The notes under the pieces: generated by a model
What the model was told of the DNA's origin: nothing
What the model saw: only the letters and a program-made list of their open reading frames with translations
Databases searched by the model: none
Translations under genes and position numbers: made by a program
Assembly: GCA_964016885.1 (NCBI GenBank)
Contig: OZ024745.1
Coordinates: 54,312,001 to 54,376,000, forward strand
Direction of reading: 5' to 3'
DNA length: 64,000 nucleotides
DNA from: Eledone cirrhosa
Taxonomy: Eukaryota
Part shown: positions 52,501-64,000 of the stretch, piece after piece
How the letters are laid out: every line of letters starts with the position of its first letter
Numbering within the stretch: position 1 is the stretch's first letter

Positions 52501-55500
52501 CTGATAATATTGTTGTTGGTGGTGTTGGTGTTGTTGTTGGTGTTATTGTTGATGTTAGTGTTGGTGTTATTGATAATATTGTTGTTAGTGGTGTTGGTGT
52601 TGTTGTTGGAGTTATTGTTGATGTTAGTGTTGATGTTATTGATAATATTGTTGTTGGTGGTGTTGGTGTTGTTGTTGGAGTTATTGTTGATGTTAGTGTT
52701 GGTGTTATTGATAATATTGTTGTTGGTAGTGTTGGTGTTGTTGGTGTTATTGTTGATGTTAGTGTTGGTGTTATTGATAATATTGTTGTTGGTGGTGATG
52801 GTGTTGTTGTTGGTGTTATTGTTGATGTTAGTGTTGATGTTATTGATAATATTGTTGTTGGTGGTTTTGGTGTTGTTGTTGGTGTTATTGTTGATGTTAG
52901 TGCTGGTGTTATTGATAATATTGTTGTTGGTAGTGTTGGTGTTGTTGTTGGTGTTATTGTTGATGTTAGTGTTGGTGTTATTGATAATAATGTTGTTGGT
53001 AGTGTTGGTGTTGTTGTTGGTGTTATTGTTGTTGTTAGTGTTGGTGTTATTGTTGATGTTAGTATTGGTGTTACTGATAATATTGTTGTTGGTGGTGTTG
53101 GTGTTGTTGTTGGTGTTATTGTTGATGTTAGTGTTGATGTTATTGATAATATTTTTGTTGGTGGTGTTGGTGTTGTTGTTGGTGTTATTGTTGATGTTAG
53201 TGTCGGTGTTACTGATAATATTGTTGTTGGTGGTGTTGGTGTTGTTGTTGGAGTTATTGTTGATGTCAGTGTTGGTGTTATTGATAATATTGTTGTTGGT
53301 GGTGTTGGTGTTGTTGTTAGAGTTATTGTTGATGTTAGTGTTGGTGTTATCGATAATATTGTTGTTGGTGGTGTTGGTGTTGTTATTGGTGTTATTGTCG
53401 ATGTTAGTGTTGGTGTTATTGATAATATTGTTGTTGGTGGTGTTGGTGTTGTTGTGGGAACTATTGCTGATGTTAGTTTTGTTGTTATTGTTAATAATAT
53501 TGTTGGTGGTATTGGTGTTGTTGTTGGTGTTATTGTTGATGTTAGTGTTGGTGTTATTGATAATATTGTTGTTGGTGGTGTTGTTGTTGGTGTTATTGTT
53601 GTTGTTAGTGTTGGTGTTACTGATAATATTGTTGTTGGTGGTGTTGGTGTTGTTGTTGGTGTTATTGTTGATGTTAGTGTTGGTGTTACTGATAATATTG
53701 TTGTTGGTGGTGTTGGTGTTGTTGTTGGTGTTATTGTTGATGTTAGTGTTGGTGTTATTGATAATATTGCTGTTGGTGGTGTTGGTGTTGTGGTTGGTGT
53801 TATTGTGGTTGTTAGTGTTGGTGTTACTGATAATATTGTTGTTGGTGGTGTTGGTGTTGTTGTTGGAGTTATTGTTGCTGTTAGTGTTGGTGTTATTGAT
53901 AATATTGTTGTTGGTGGTGTTGGTGTTGTTGTTGGTGTTATTGTTGATGTTAGTGTTGGTGTTATTGATAATATTGTTGTTGGTGGTGTTGGTGTTGTTG
54001 TTGGTGTTATTGTTGATGTTAGTGTTGGTGTTATTGATAATGTTGTTGTTGGTGGTGTTGGTGTTGTTGTTGGTGTTATTGTTGTTGTTAGTGTTGGTGT
54101 TACTGATTATATTGTTGTTGGTGGTGTTGGTGTTGTTGATGGAGTTATTGTTGATGTTAGTGTTGGTGTTATTGATAATACTGTTGTTGGTGGTGTTGGT
54201 GTTGTTGTTGGTGTTATTGTTGATGTTAGTGTTGGTGTTATTGATAATATTATTGTTGGTGGTGTTGGTGTTGTTGTTGGAGTTATTGTTGATGTTAGTG
54301 CTGGTGTTATTGATAATATTATTGTTGGTGGTGTTGGTGTTGTTGTTGGAGGTATTGTTGATGTTAGTGTTGGTGTTATTGATAATATTGTTGTTGGTGG
54401 TGTTGGTGTTGTTGTTGGTGTTATTGTTGATGTTAGTGTTGGTGTTATTGATAATATTGTTGTTGGTGGTTTTGGTGTTGTTGTTGGTGTTATTGTTGAT
54501 GTTAGTGTTGGTGTTATTGATAATATTGTTGTTGGTGGTGTTGGTGTTGTTGTTGGAGTTATTGTTGATGTTAGTGTTGGTTTTATTGATAATATTGTTG
54601 TTAGTGGTGTTGGAGTTGTTGATGGTGTTATTGTTGATGTTAGTGTTGGTGTTATTGATGATATTGTTGTTGGTGGTGTTGGTGTTGTTGTTGGTGTTAT
54701 TGTTGATGTTAGTGTTGGTGTTATTGATAATATTGTTGTTGGTGGTGTTGGTGTTGTTGTTGGTGTTGGTATTGTTGTTGGTGTTATTGTTGATGTTAGT
54801 GTTGGTGTTTTTGATAATATTGTTGTTGGTGGTGTTGGTGTTGTTGTTGGAGTTATTGTTGATGTTAGTGTTGGTGTTATTGATAATATTGTTGTTAGTG
54901 GTGTTGGTGTTGTTGTTGGAGTTATTGTTGATGTTAGTGTTGGTGTTATTGATAATATTGTTGTTGGTGGTGTTGGTGTTGTTGTTGGTGTTATTGTTGA
55001 TGTTAGTGTTGGTGTTACTGATAATATTGTTGTTGGTGGTGTTGGTGTTGTTGTTGGAGTTATTGTTGATGTCAGTGTTGGTGTTATTGATAATATTGTT
55101 GTTAGTGGTGTTGGAGTTGTTGATGGTGTTATTGTTGATGTTAGTGTTGGTGTTATTGATAATATTGTTGTTGGTGGTGTTGGTGTTGTTGTTGGAGTTA
55201 TTGTTGATGTTAGTGTTGGTGTTATTGATAATATTGTTGTTGGTGATGTTGGTGTTGTTGTTGGTGTTATTATTGTTGTTATTGTTGTTGTTATTGATAA
55301 TATTGTTGTTGGTGGTGTTGGTGTTGTTGTTGGAGTTATTTTTGTTGTTAGTGTTGGTGTTATTGATAATATTGTTGTTGGTGATGTTGGTGTTGTTGTT
55401 GGAGTTATTGTTGTTGTTAGTGTTGGTGTTACTGATAATATTATTGTTGGTGGTGTTGGTGTTGTTGTTGGAGTTATTGTTGATGTTAGTGCTGGTGTTA

Positions 55501-58500
55501 TTGATAATATTATTGTTGGTGGTGTTGGTGTTGTTGTTGGAGGTATTGTTGATGTTAGTGTTGGTGTTATTGACAATATTGTTGTTGGTGGTGTTGGTGT
55601 TGTTGTTGGTGTTATTGTTGATGTTAGTGTTGGTGTTATTGATAATATTGTTGTTGGTGGTGTTGGTGTTGTTGTTGGAGTTATTGTTGATGTTAGTGTT
55701 GGTGTTATTGATAATATTGTTGTTAGTGGTGTTGGAGTTGTTGATGGTGTTATTGTTGATGTTAGTGTTGGTGTTATTGATAATATTGTTGTTGGTGGTG
55801 TTGGTGTTGTTGTCGGTGTTATTGTTGATGTTAGTGTTGGTGTTATTGATAATATTGTTGTTGCTGGTGTTGGTGTTGTTGTCGGTGTTATTGTTGATGT
55901 TAGTGTTGGTGTTATTGATAATATTGTTGTTGGTGGTGTTGGTGTTGTTGTTGGTGTTGTTGTTGGTGTTATTGTTGTTGTTAGTGTTGGTGTTACTGAT
56001 TATATTGTTGTTGGTGGTGTTGGTGTTGTTGTTGGAGTTATTGTTGATGTTAGTGTTGGTGTTATTGATAATATCGTTGTTGGTGATGTTGGTGTTGTTG
56101 TTGGAGTTATTGTTGTTGTTAGTGTTGGTGTTACTGATAATATTATTGTTGGTGGTGTTGGTGTTGTTGTTGGAGTTATTGTTGATGTTAGTGCTGGTGT
56201 TATTGATAATATTATTGTTGGTGGTGTTGGTGTTGTTGTTGGAGGTATTGTTGATGTTAGTGTTGGTGTTATTGATAATATTGTTGTTGGTGGTGTTGGT
56301 GTTGTTGTTGGTGTTATTGTTGATGTTAGTGTTGGTGTTATTGATAATATTGTTGTTGGTGGTTTTGGTGTTGTTGTTGGTGTTATTGTTGATGTTAGTG
56401 TTGGTGTTATTGATAATATTGTTGTTGGTGGTGTTGGTGTTGTTGTTGGAGTTATTGTTGATGTTAGTGTTGGTTTTATTGATAATATTGTTGTTAGTGG
56501 TGTTGGAGTTGTTGATGGTGTTATTGTTGATGTTAGTGTTGGTGTTATTGATAATATTGTTGTTGGTGGTGTTGGTGTTGTTGTTGGTGTTATTGTTGAT
56601 GTTAGTGTTGGTGTTATTGATAATATTGTTGTTGGTGGTGTTGGTGTTGTTGTTGGTGTTATTGTTGATGTTAGTGTTGGTGTTATTGATAATATTGTTG
56701 TTGGTGGTGTTGGTGTTGTTGTTGGTGTTATTGTTGATGTTAGTGTTGGTGTTATTGATAATGTTGTTGTTGGTGGTGTTGGTGTTGTTGTTGGTGTTAT
56801 TGTTGTTGTTAGTGTTGGTGTTACTGATTATATTGTTGTTGGTGGTGTTGGTGTTGTTGATGGAGTTATTGTTGATGTTAGTGTTGGTGTTATTGATAAT
56901 ACTGTTGTTGGTGGTGTTGGTGTTGTTGTTGGTGTTATTGTTGATGTTAGTGTTGGTGTTATTGATAATATTATTGTTGGTGGTGTTGGTGTTGTTGTTG
57001 GAGTTATTGTTGATGTTAGTGCTGGTGTTATTGATAATATTATTGTTGGTGGTGTTGGTGTTGTTGTTGGAGGTATTGTTGATGTTAGTGTTGGTGTTAT
57101 TGATAATATTGTTGTTGGTGGTGTTGGTGTTGTTGTTGGTGTTATTGTTGATGTTAGTGTTGGTGTTATTGATAATATTGTTGTTGGTGGTTTTTGTGTT
57201 GTTGTTGGTGTTATTGTTGATGTTAGTGTTGGTGTTATTGATAATATTGTTGTTGGTGGTGTTGGTGTTGTTGTTGGAGTTATTGTTGATGTTAGTGTTG
57301 GTTTTATTGATAATATTGTTGTTAGTGGTGTTGGAGTTGTTGATGGTGTTATTGTTGATGTTAGTGTTGGTGTTATTGATAATATTGTTGTTGGTGGTGT
57401 TGGTGTTGTTGTTGGTGTTATTGTTGATGTTAGTGTTGGTGTTATTGATAATATTGTTGTTGGTGGTGTTGGTGTTGTTGTTGGTGTTGGTATTGTTGTT
57501 GGTGTTATTGTTGATGTTAGTGTTGGTGTTTTTGATAATATTGTTGTTGGTGGTGTTGGTGTTGTTGTTGGAGTTATTGTTGATGTTAGTGTTGGTGTTA
57601 TTGATAATATTGTTGTTAGTGGTGTTGGTGTTGTTGTTGGAGTTATTGTTGATGTTAGTGTTGGTGTTATTGATAATATTGTTGTTGGTGGTGTTGGTGT
57701 TGTTGTTGGTGTTATTGTTGATGTTAGTGTTGGTGTTACTGATAATATTGTTGTTGGTGGTGTTGGTGTTGTTGTTGGAGTTATTGTTGATGTCAGTGTT
57801 GGTGTTATTGATAATATTGTTGTTAGTGGTGTTGGAGTTGTTGATGGTGTTATTGTTGATGTTAGTGTTGGTGTTATTGATAATATTGTTGTTGGTGGTG
57901 TTGGTGTTGTCGTTGGAGTTATTGTTGATGTTAGTGTTGGTGTTATTGATAATATTGTTGTTGGTGATGTTGGTGTTGTTGTTGGTGTTATTATTGTTGT
58001 TATTGTTGTTGTTATTGATAATATTGTTGTTGGTGGTGTTGGTGTTGTTGTTGGAGTTATTTTTGTTGTTAGTGTTGGTGTTATTGATAATATTGTTGTT
58101 GGTGATGTTGGTGTTGTTGTTGGAGTTATTGTTGTTGTTAGTGTTGGTGTTACTGATAATATTATTGTTGGTGGTGTTGGTGTTGTTGTTGGAGTTATTG
58201 TTGATGTTAGTGCTGGTGTTATTGATAATATTATTGTTGGTGGTGTTGGTGTTGTTGTTGGAGGTATTGTTGATGTTAGTGTTGGTGTTATTGATAATAT
58301 TGTTGTTGGTGGTGTTGGTGTTGTTGTTGGTGTTATTGTTGATGTTAGTGTTGGTGTTATTGATAATATTGTTGTTGGTGGTTTTGGTGTTGTTGTTGGT
58401 GTTATTGTTGATGTTAGTGTTGGTGTTATTGATAATATTGTTGTTGGTGGTGTTGGTGTTGTTGTTGGAGTTATTGTTGATGTTAGTGTTGGTTTTATTG

Positions 58501-61500
58501 ATAATATTGTTGTTAGTGGTGTTGGAGTTGTTGATGGTGTTATTGTTGATGTTAGTGTTGGTGTTATTGATAATATTGTTGTTGGTGTTGTTGGTGTTGT
58601 TGTTGGTGTTATTGTTGATGTTAGTGTTGGTGTTATTGATAATATTGTTGTTGGTGGTGTTGGTGTTGTTGTTGGTGTTGGTATTGTTGTTGGTGTTATT
58701 GTTGATGTTAGTGTTGGTGTTTTTGATAATATTGTTGTTGGTGGTGTTGGTGTTGTTGTTGGAGTTATTGTTGATGTTAGTGTTGGTGTTATTGATAATA
58801 TTGTTGTTAGTGGTGTTGGTGTTGTTGTTGGAGTTATTGTTGATGTTAGTGTTGGTGTTATTGATAATATTGTTGTTGGTGGTGTTGGTGTTGTTGTTGG
58901 TGTTATTGTTGATGTTAGTGTTGGTGTTACTGATAATATTGTTGTTGGTGGTGTTGGTGTTGTTGTTGGAGGTATTGTTGATGTTAGTGTTGGTGTTATT
59001 GATAATATTGTTGTTGGTGGTGTTGGTGTTGTTGTTGGTGTTATTGTTGATGTTAGTGTTGGTGTTATTGATAATATTGTTGTTGGTGGTTTTGGTGTTG
59101 TTGTTGGTGTTATTGTTGATGTTAGTGTTGGTGTTATTGATAATATTGTTGTTGGTGGTGTTGGTGTTGTTGTTGGAGTTATTGTTGATGTCAGTGTTGG
59201 TGTTATTGATAATATTGTTGTTAGTGGTGTTGGAGTTGTTGATGGTGTTATTGTTGATGTTAGTGTTGGTGTTATTGATAATATTGTTGTTGGTGGTGTT
59301 GGTGTTGTCGTTGGAGTTATTGTTGATGTTAGTGTTGGTGTTATTGATAATATTGTTGTTGGTGATGTTGGTGTTGTTGTTGGTGTTATTATTGTTGTTA
59401 TTGTTGTTGTTATTGATAATATTGTTGTTGGTGGTGTTGGTGTTGTTGTTGGAGTTATTTTTGTTGTTAGTGTTGGTGTTATTGATAATATTGTTGTTGG
59501 TGATGTTGGTGTTGTTGTTGGAGTTATTGTTGTTGTTAGTGTTGGTGTTACTGATAATATTATTGTTGGTGGTGTTGGTGTTGTTGTTGGAGTTATTGTT
59601 GATGTTAGTGCTGGTGTTATTGATAATATTATTGTTGGTGGTGTTGGTGTTGTTGTTGGAGGTATTGTTGATGTTAGTGTTGGTGTTATTGATAATATTG
59701 TTGTTGGTGGTGTTGGTGTTGTTGTTGGTGTTATTGTTGATGTTAGTGTTGGTGTTATTGATAATATTGTTGTTGGTGGTTTTGGTGTTGTTGTTGGTGT
59801 TATTGTTGATGTTAGTGTTGGTGTTATTGATAATATTGTTGTTGGTGGTGTTGGTGTTGTTGTTGGAGTTATTGTTGATGTTAGTGTTGGTTTTATTGAT
59901 AATATTGTTGTTAGTGGTGTTGGAGTTGTTGATGGTGTTATTGTTGATGTTAGTGTTGGTGTTATTGATAATATTGTTGTTGGTGTTGTTGGTGTTGTTG
60001 TTGGTGTTATTGTTGATGTTAGTGTTGGTGTTATTGATAATATTGTTGTTGGTGGTGTTGGTGTTGTTGTTGGTGTTGGTATTGTTGTTGGTGTTATTGT
60101 TGATGTTAGTGTTGGTGTTTTTGATAATATTGTTGTTGGTGGTGTTGGTGTTGTTGTTGGAGTTATTGTTGATGTTAGTGTTGGTGTTATTGATAATATT
60201 GTTGTTAGTGGTGTTGGTGTTGTTGTTGGAGTTATTGTTGATGTTAGTGTTGGTGTTATTGATAATATTGTTGTTGGTGGTGTTGGTGTTGTTGTTGGTG
60301 TTATTGTTGATGTTAGTGTTGGTGTTACTGATAATATTGTTGTTGGTGGTGTTGGTGTTGTTGTTGGAGGTATTGTTGATGTTAGTGTTGGTGTTATTGA
60401 TAATATTGTTGTTGGTGGTGTTGGTGTTGTTGTTGGTGTTATTGTTGATGTTAGTGTTGGTGTTATTGATAATATTGTTGTTGGTGGTTTTGGTGTTGTT
60501 GTTGGTGTTATTGTTGATGTTAGTGTTGGTGTTATTGATAATATTGTTGTTGGTGGTGTTGGTGTTGTTGTTGGAGTTATTGTTGATGTTAGTGTTGGTG
60601 TTATTGATAATATTGTTGTTGGTGGTGTTGGTGTTGTTGTTGGTGTTGGTATTGTTGTTGGTGTTATTATTGTTGTTATTGTTGTTGTTATTGATAATAT
60701 TGTTGTTGGTGGTGTTGGTGTTGTTGTTGGAGTTATTTTTGTTGTTAGTGTTGGTGTTATTGATAATATTGTTGTTGGTGATGTTGGTGTTGTTGTTGGA
60801 GTTATTGTTGTTGTTAGTGTTGGTGTTACTGATAATATTGTTGTTGGTGATGTTGGTGTTGTTGTTGGAGTTATTGTTGTTGTTAGTGTTGGTGTTATTG
60901 ATAATATTGTTGTTGGTGATGTTGGTATTGTTGTTGGAGTTATTGTTGTTGTTAGTGTTGGTGTTATTGATAATATTGTTGTTGGTGATGTTGGTGTTGT
61001 TGTTGGAGTTATTGTTGTTGTTAGTGTTGGTGTTACTGATAATATTGTTGTTGGTGATGTTGGTGTTGTTGTTGGAGTTATTGTTGAGGTTAGTGTTTGT
61101 GTTACTGATAGTATTGTTGTTGGTGGTGTTGGTGTTGTTGTTGGTGTCATTGTTGATGTTAGTGTTGGTGTTATTGATAATATTGTTGTTGGTGGTGTTG
61201 GTGTTGTTGTTGGTGTTGGTATTGTTGTTGGTGTTATTGTTGATGTTAGTGTTGGTGTTTTTGATAATATTGTTGTTGGTGGTGTTGGTGTTGTTGTTGG
61301 TGTTATTGTTGATGTTAGTGTTGGTGTTATTGATAATATTGTTGTTGGTCGTGTTGGTGTTGTTGTTGGTGTTATTGTTGATGTTAGTGTTGGTGTTATT
61401 GATAATATTGTTGTTGGTGGTGTTGGTGTTGTTGTTGGTGTTGGTATTGTTGTTGGTGTTATTGTTGATGTTAGTGTTGGTGTTTTTGATAATATTGTTG

Positions 61501-64000
61501 TTGGTGGTGTTGGTGTTGTTGTTGGTGTTATTGTTGATGTTAGTGTTGGTGTTATTGATAATATTGTTGTTGGTGGTGTTGGTGTTGTTGTTGGTGTTAT
61601 TGTTGATGTTAGTGTTGGTGTTATTGATAATATTGTTGTTGGTGGTGTTGGTGTTGTTGTTGGTGTTGGTATTGTTGTTGGTGTTATTGTTGATGTTAGT
61701 GTTGGTGTTTTTGATAATATTGTTGTTGGTGGTGTTGGTGTTGTTGTTGGAGTTATTGTTGATGTTAGTGTTGGTGTTATTGATAATATTGTTGTTAGTG
61801 GTGTTGGTGTTGTTGTTGGAGTTATTGTTGATGTTAGTGTTGGTGTTATTGATAATATTGTTGTTGGTGGTGTTGGTGTTGTTGTTGGAGTTTTTGTTGA
61901 TGTTAGTGTTGGTGTTATTGATAATATTGTTGTTAGTGGTGTTGGTGTTGTTGTTGGTGTTATTGTTGATGTTAGTGTTGGTGTTATTGATAATATTGTT
62001 GTTGGTGGTGTTGGTGTTGTTGTTGGAGTTATTGTTGATGTCAGTGTTGGTGTTATTGATAATATTGTTGTTAGTGGTGTTGGAGTTGTTGATGGTGTTA
62101 TTGTTGATGTTAGTGTTGGTGTTATTGATAATATTGTTGTTGGTGGTGTTGGTGTTGTTGTTGGAGTTATTGTTGATGTTAGTGTTGGTGTTATTGATAA
62201 TATTGTTGTTGGTGATGTTGGTGTTGTTGTTGGTGTTATTATTGTTGTTATTGTTGTTGTTATTGATAATATTGTTGTTGGTGGTGTTAGTGTTGTTGTT
62301 GGAGTTATTGTTGTTGTTAGTGTTGGTGTTATTGATAATATTGTTGTTGGTGATGTTGGTGTTGTTGTTGGAGTTATTGTTGTTGTTAGTGTTGGTGTTA
62401 CTGATAATATTGTTGTTGGTGATGTTGGTGTTGTTGTTGGAGTTATTGTTGTTGTTAGTGTTGGTGTTATTGATAATATTGTTGTTGGTGATGTTGGTGT
62501 TGTTGTTGGAGTTATTGTTGTTGTTAGTGTTGGTGTTATTGATAATATTGTTGTTGGTGATGTTGGTGTTGTTGTTGGAGTTATTGTTGTTGTTAGTGTT
62601 GGTGTTACTGATAATATTGTTGTTGGTGATGTTGGTGTTGTTGTTGGAGTTATTGTTGAGGTTAGTGTTTGTGTTACTGATAATATTGTTGTTGGTGGTG
62701 TTGGTGTTGTTGTTGGTGTCATTGTTGATGTTAGTGTTGGTGTTATTGATAATATTGTTGTTAGTGATGTTGGAGTTGTTGTTGGTGTCATTGTTGATGT
62801 TAGTGTTGGTGTTATTGATAATATTGTTGTTGGTGATGTTGGTGTTGTTATTGGTGTTATTGTTGATGTTAGTCCTGGTGTTATTGATAATATTGTTGTT
62901 GGTGGTGTTGGTGTTGTTGTTGGGGTTATTGTTGATGTTAGTGTTGGTGTTATTGATAGTATTGTTGTTGGTGGTGTTGGAGTTATTGTTGATGTTAGTG
63001 TTGGTGTTATTGATAATGTTGTTGGTGGTGTTGGTGTTGTTGTTGGTGTTATTGTTGATGTTAGTCTTGGTGTTACTGATAATATTGTTGTTGGTGGTGT
63101 TGGTGTTGTTGTTGGAGTTATTGTTGATGTTAGTGTTGGTGTTACTGATAATATTGTTGTTGGTGGTGTTGGTGTTGTTGTTGGAGTTATTGTTGATGTT
63201 AGTGTTGGTGTTATTGATAATATTGTTGTTGGTGGTGTTGGTGTTGTTGTTGGTGTTATTGTTGATGTTAGTGTTGGTGTTATTGATAATATTGTTGTTG
63301 GTGGTGTTGGTGTTGTTGTTGGAGTTATTGTTGATGTTAGTGTTGGTGTTATTGATAATATTGTTGTTAGTGGTGTTGGTGTTGTTGTTGGAGTTATTGT
63401 TGATGTTAGTGTTGGTGTTATTGATAATATTGTTGTTGGTGGTGTTGGTGTTGTTGTTGGTGTTGGTATTGTTGTTGGTGTTATTGTTGATGTTAGTGTT
63501 GGTGTTTTTGATAATATTGTTGTTGGTGGTGTTGGTGTTGTTGTTGGAGTTATTGTTGATGTTAGTGTTGGTGTTATTGATAATATTGTTGTTAGTGGTG
63601 TTGGTGTTGTTGTTGGAGTTATTGTTGATGTTAGTGTTGGTGTTATTGATAATATTGTTGTTGGTGGTGTTGGTGTTGTTGTTGGAGTTTTTGTTGATGT
63701 TAGTGTTGGTGTTATTGATAATATTGTTGTTAGTGGTGTTGGTGTTGTTGTTGGTGTTATTGTTGATGTTAGTGTTGGTGTTATTGATAATATTGTTGTT
63801 GGTGGTTTTGGTGTTGTTGTTGGTGTTATTGTTGATGTTAGTGTTGGTGTTATTGATAATATTGTTGTTGGTGGTGTTGGTGTTGTTGTTGGAGTTATTG
63901 TTGATGTCAGTGTTGGTGTTATTGATAATATTGTTGTTAGTGGTGTTGGTGTTGTTGATGGTGTTATTGTTGATGTTAGTGTTGGTGTTATTGATAATAT
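43545..64000. repeat. 69-bp minisatellite array, roughly 290-300 units, running off the window end (minus frame [23 protein letters not shown], mucin-like)
   Basis: Unit [69 protein letters not shown]. Recurrent in-frame TAA stops in the PTS frame and one 1-nt deletion near 47680. Confidence 0.95.

Noticed and set aside
43545-64000. CRISPR-like or telomeric interpretation of the long array
   Set aside because: No unique spacers, no cas genes, eukaryotic context, and the unit is not TTAGGG-like.

Overview
Eukaryotic, AT-rich, microsatellite-dense DNA, probably an octopus or other coleoid cephalopod (inferred from the SINE family and repeat landscape). I can support no convincing host protein-coding exon. 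The window holds: (1) a young 5'-truncated RTE-clade LINE with a PHD-like finger inside its RT region (2.3-4.9 kb); (2) many copies of one tRNA-derived SINE; (3) decayed RTE and R4/Dong LINE remnants; (4) a head-to-tail array of four Tx1/L1-clade non-LTR retrotransposons, each inserted in (TCTA)n (25.8-38.5 kb); (5) a >22 kb GTT-rich minisatellite region (75-bp and 69-bp units with higher-order repeats) that reads as a stop-interrupted mucin-like PTS repeat on the minus strand. Two signals stand out. First, five short near-perfect palindromes next to (TA)n-type tracts carry a minimal type I hammerhead ribozyme motif in both arms, from three distinct sequence families; they resemble Penelope-like pLTR or retrozyme-type elements. 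Second, the Tx1 elements have a 5' splice-donor motif just before the ORF2 ATG and an acceptor-like site coinciding with the ORF2 stop codon. This suggests ORF2 is an intron that is removed to make an ORF1-only mRNA, as in copia.
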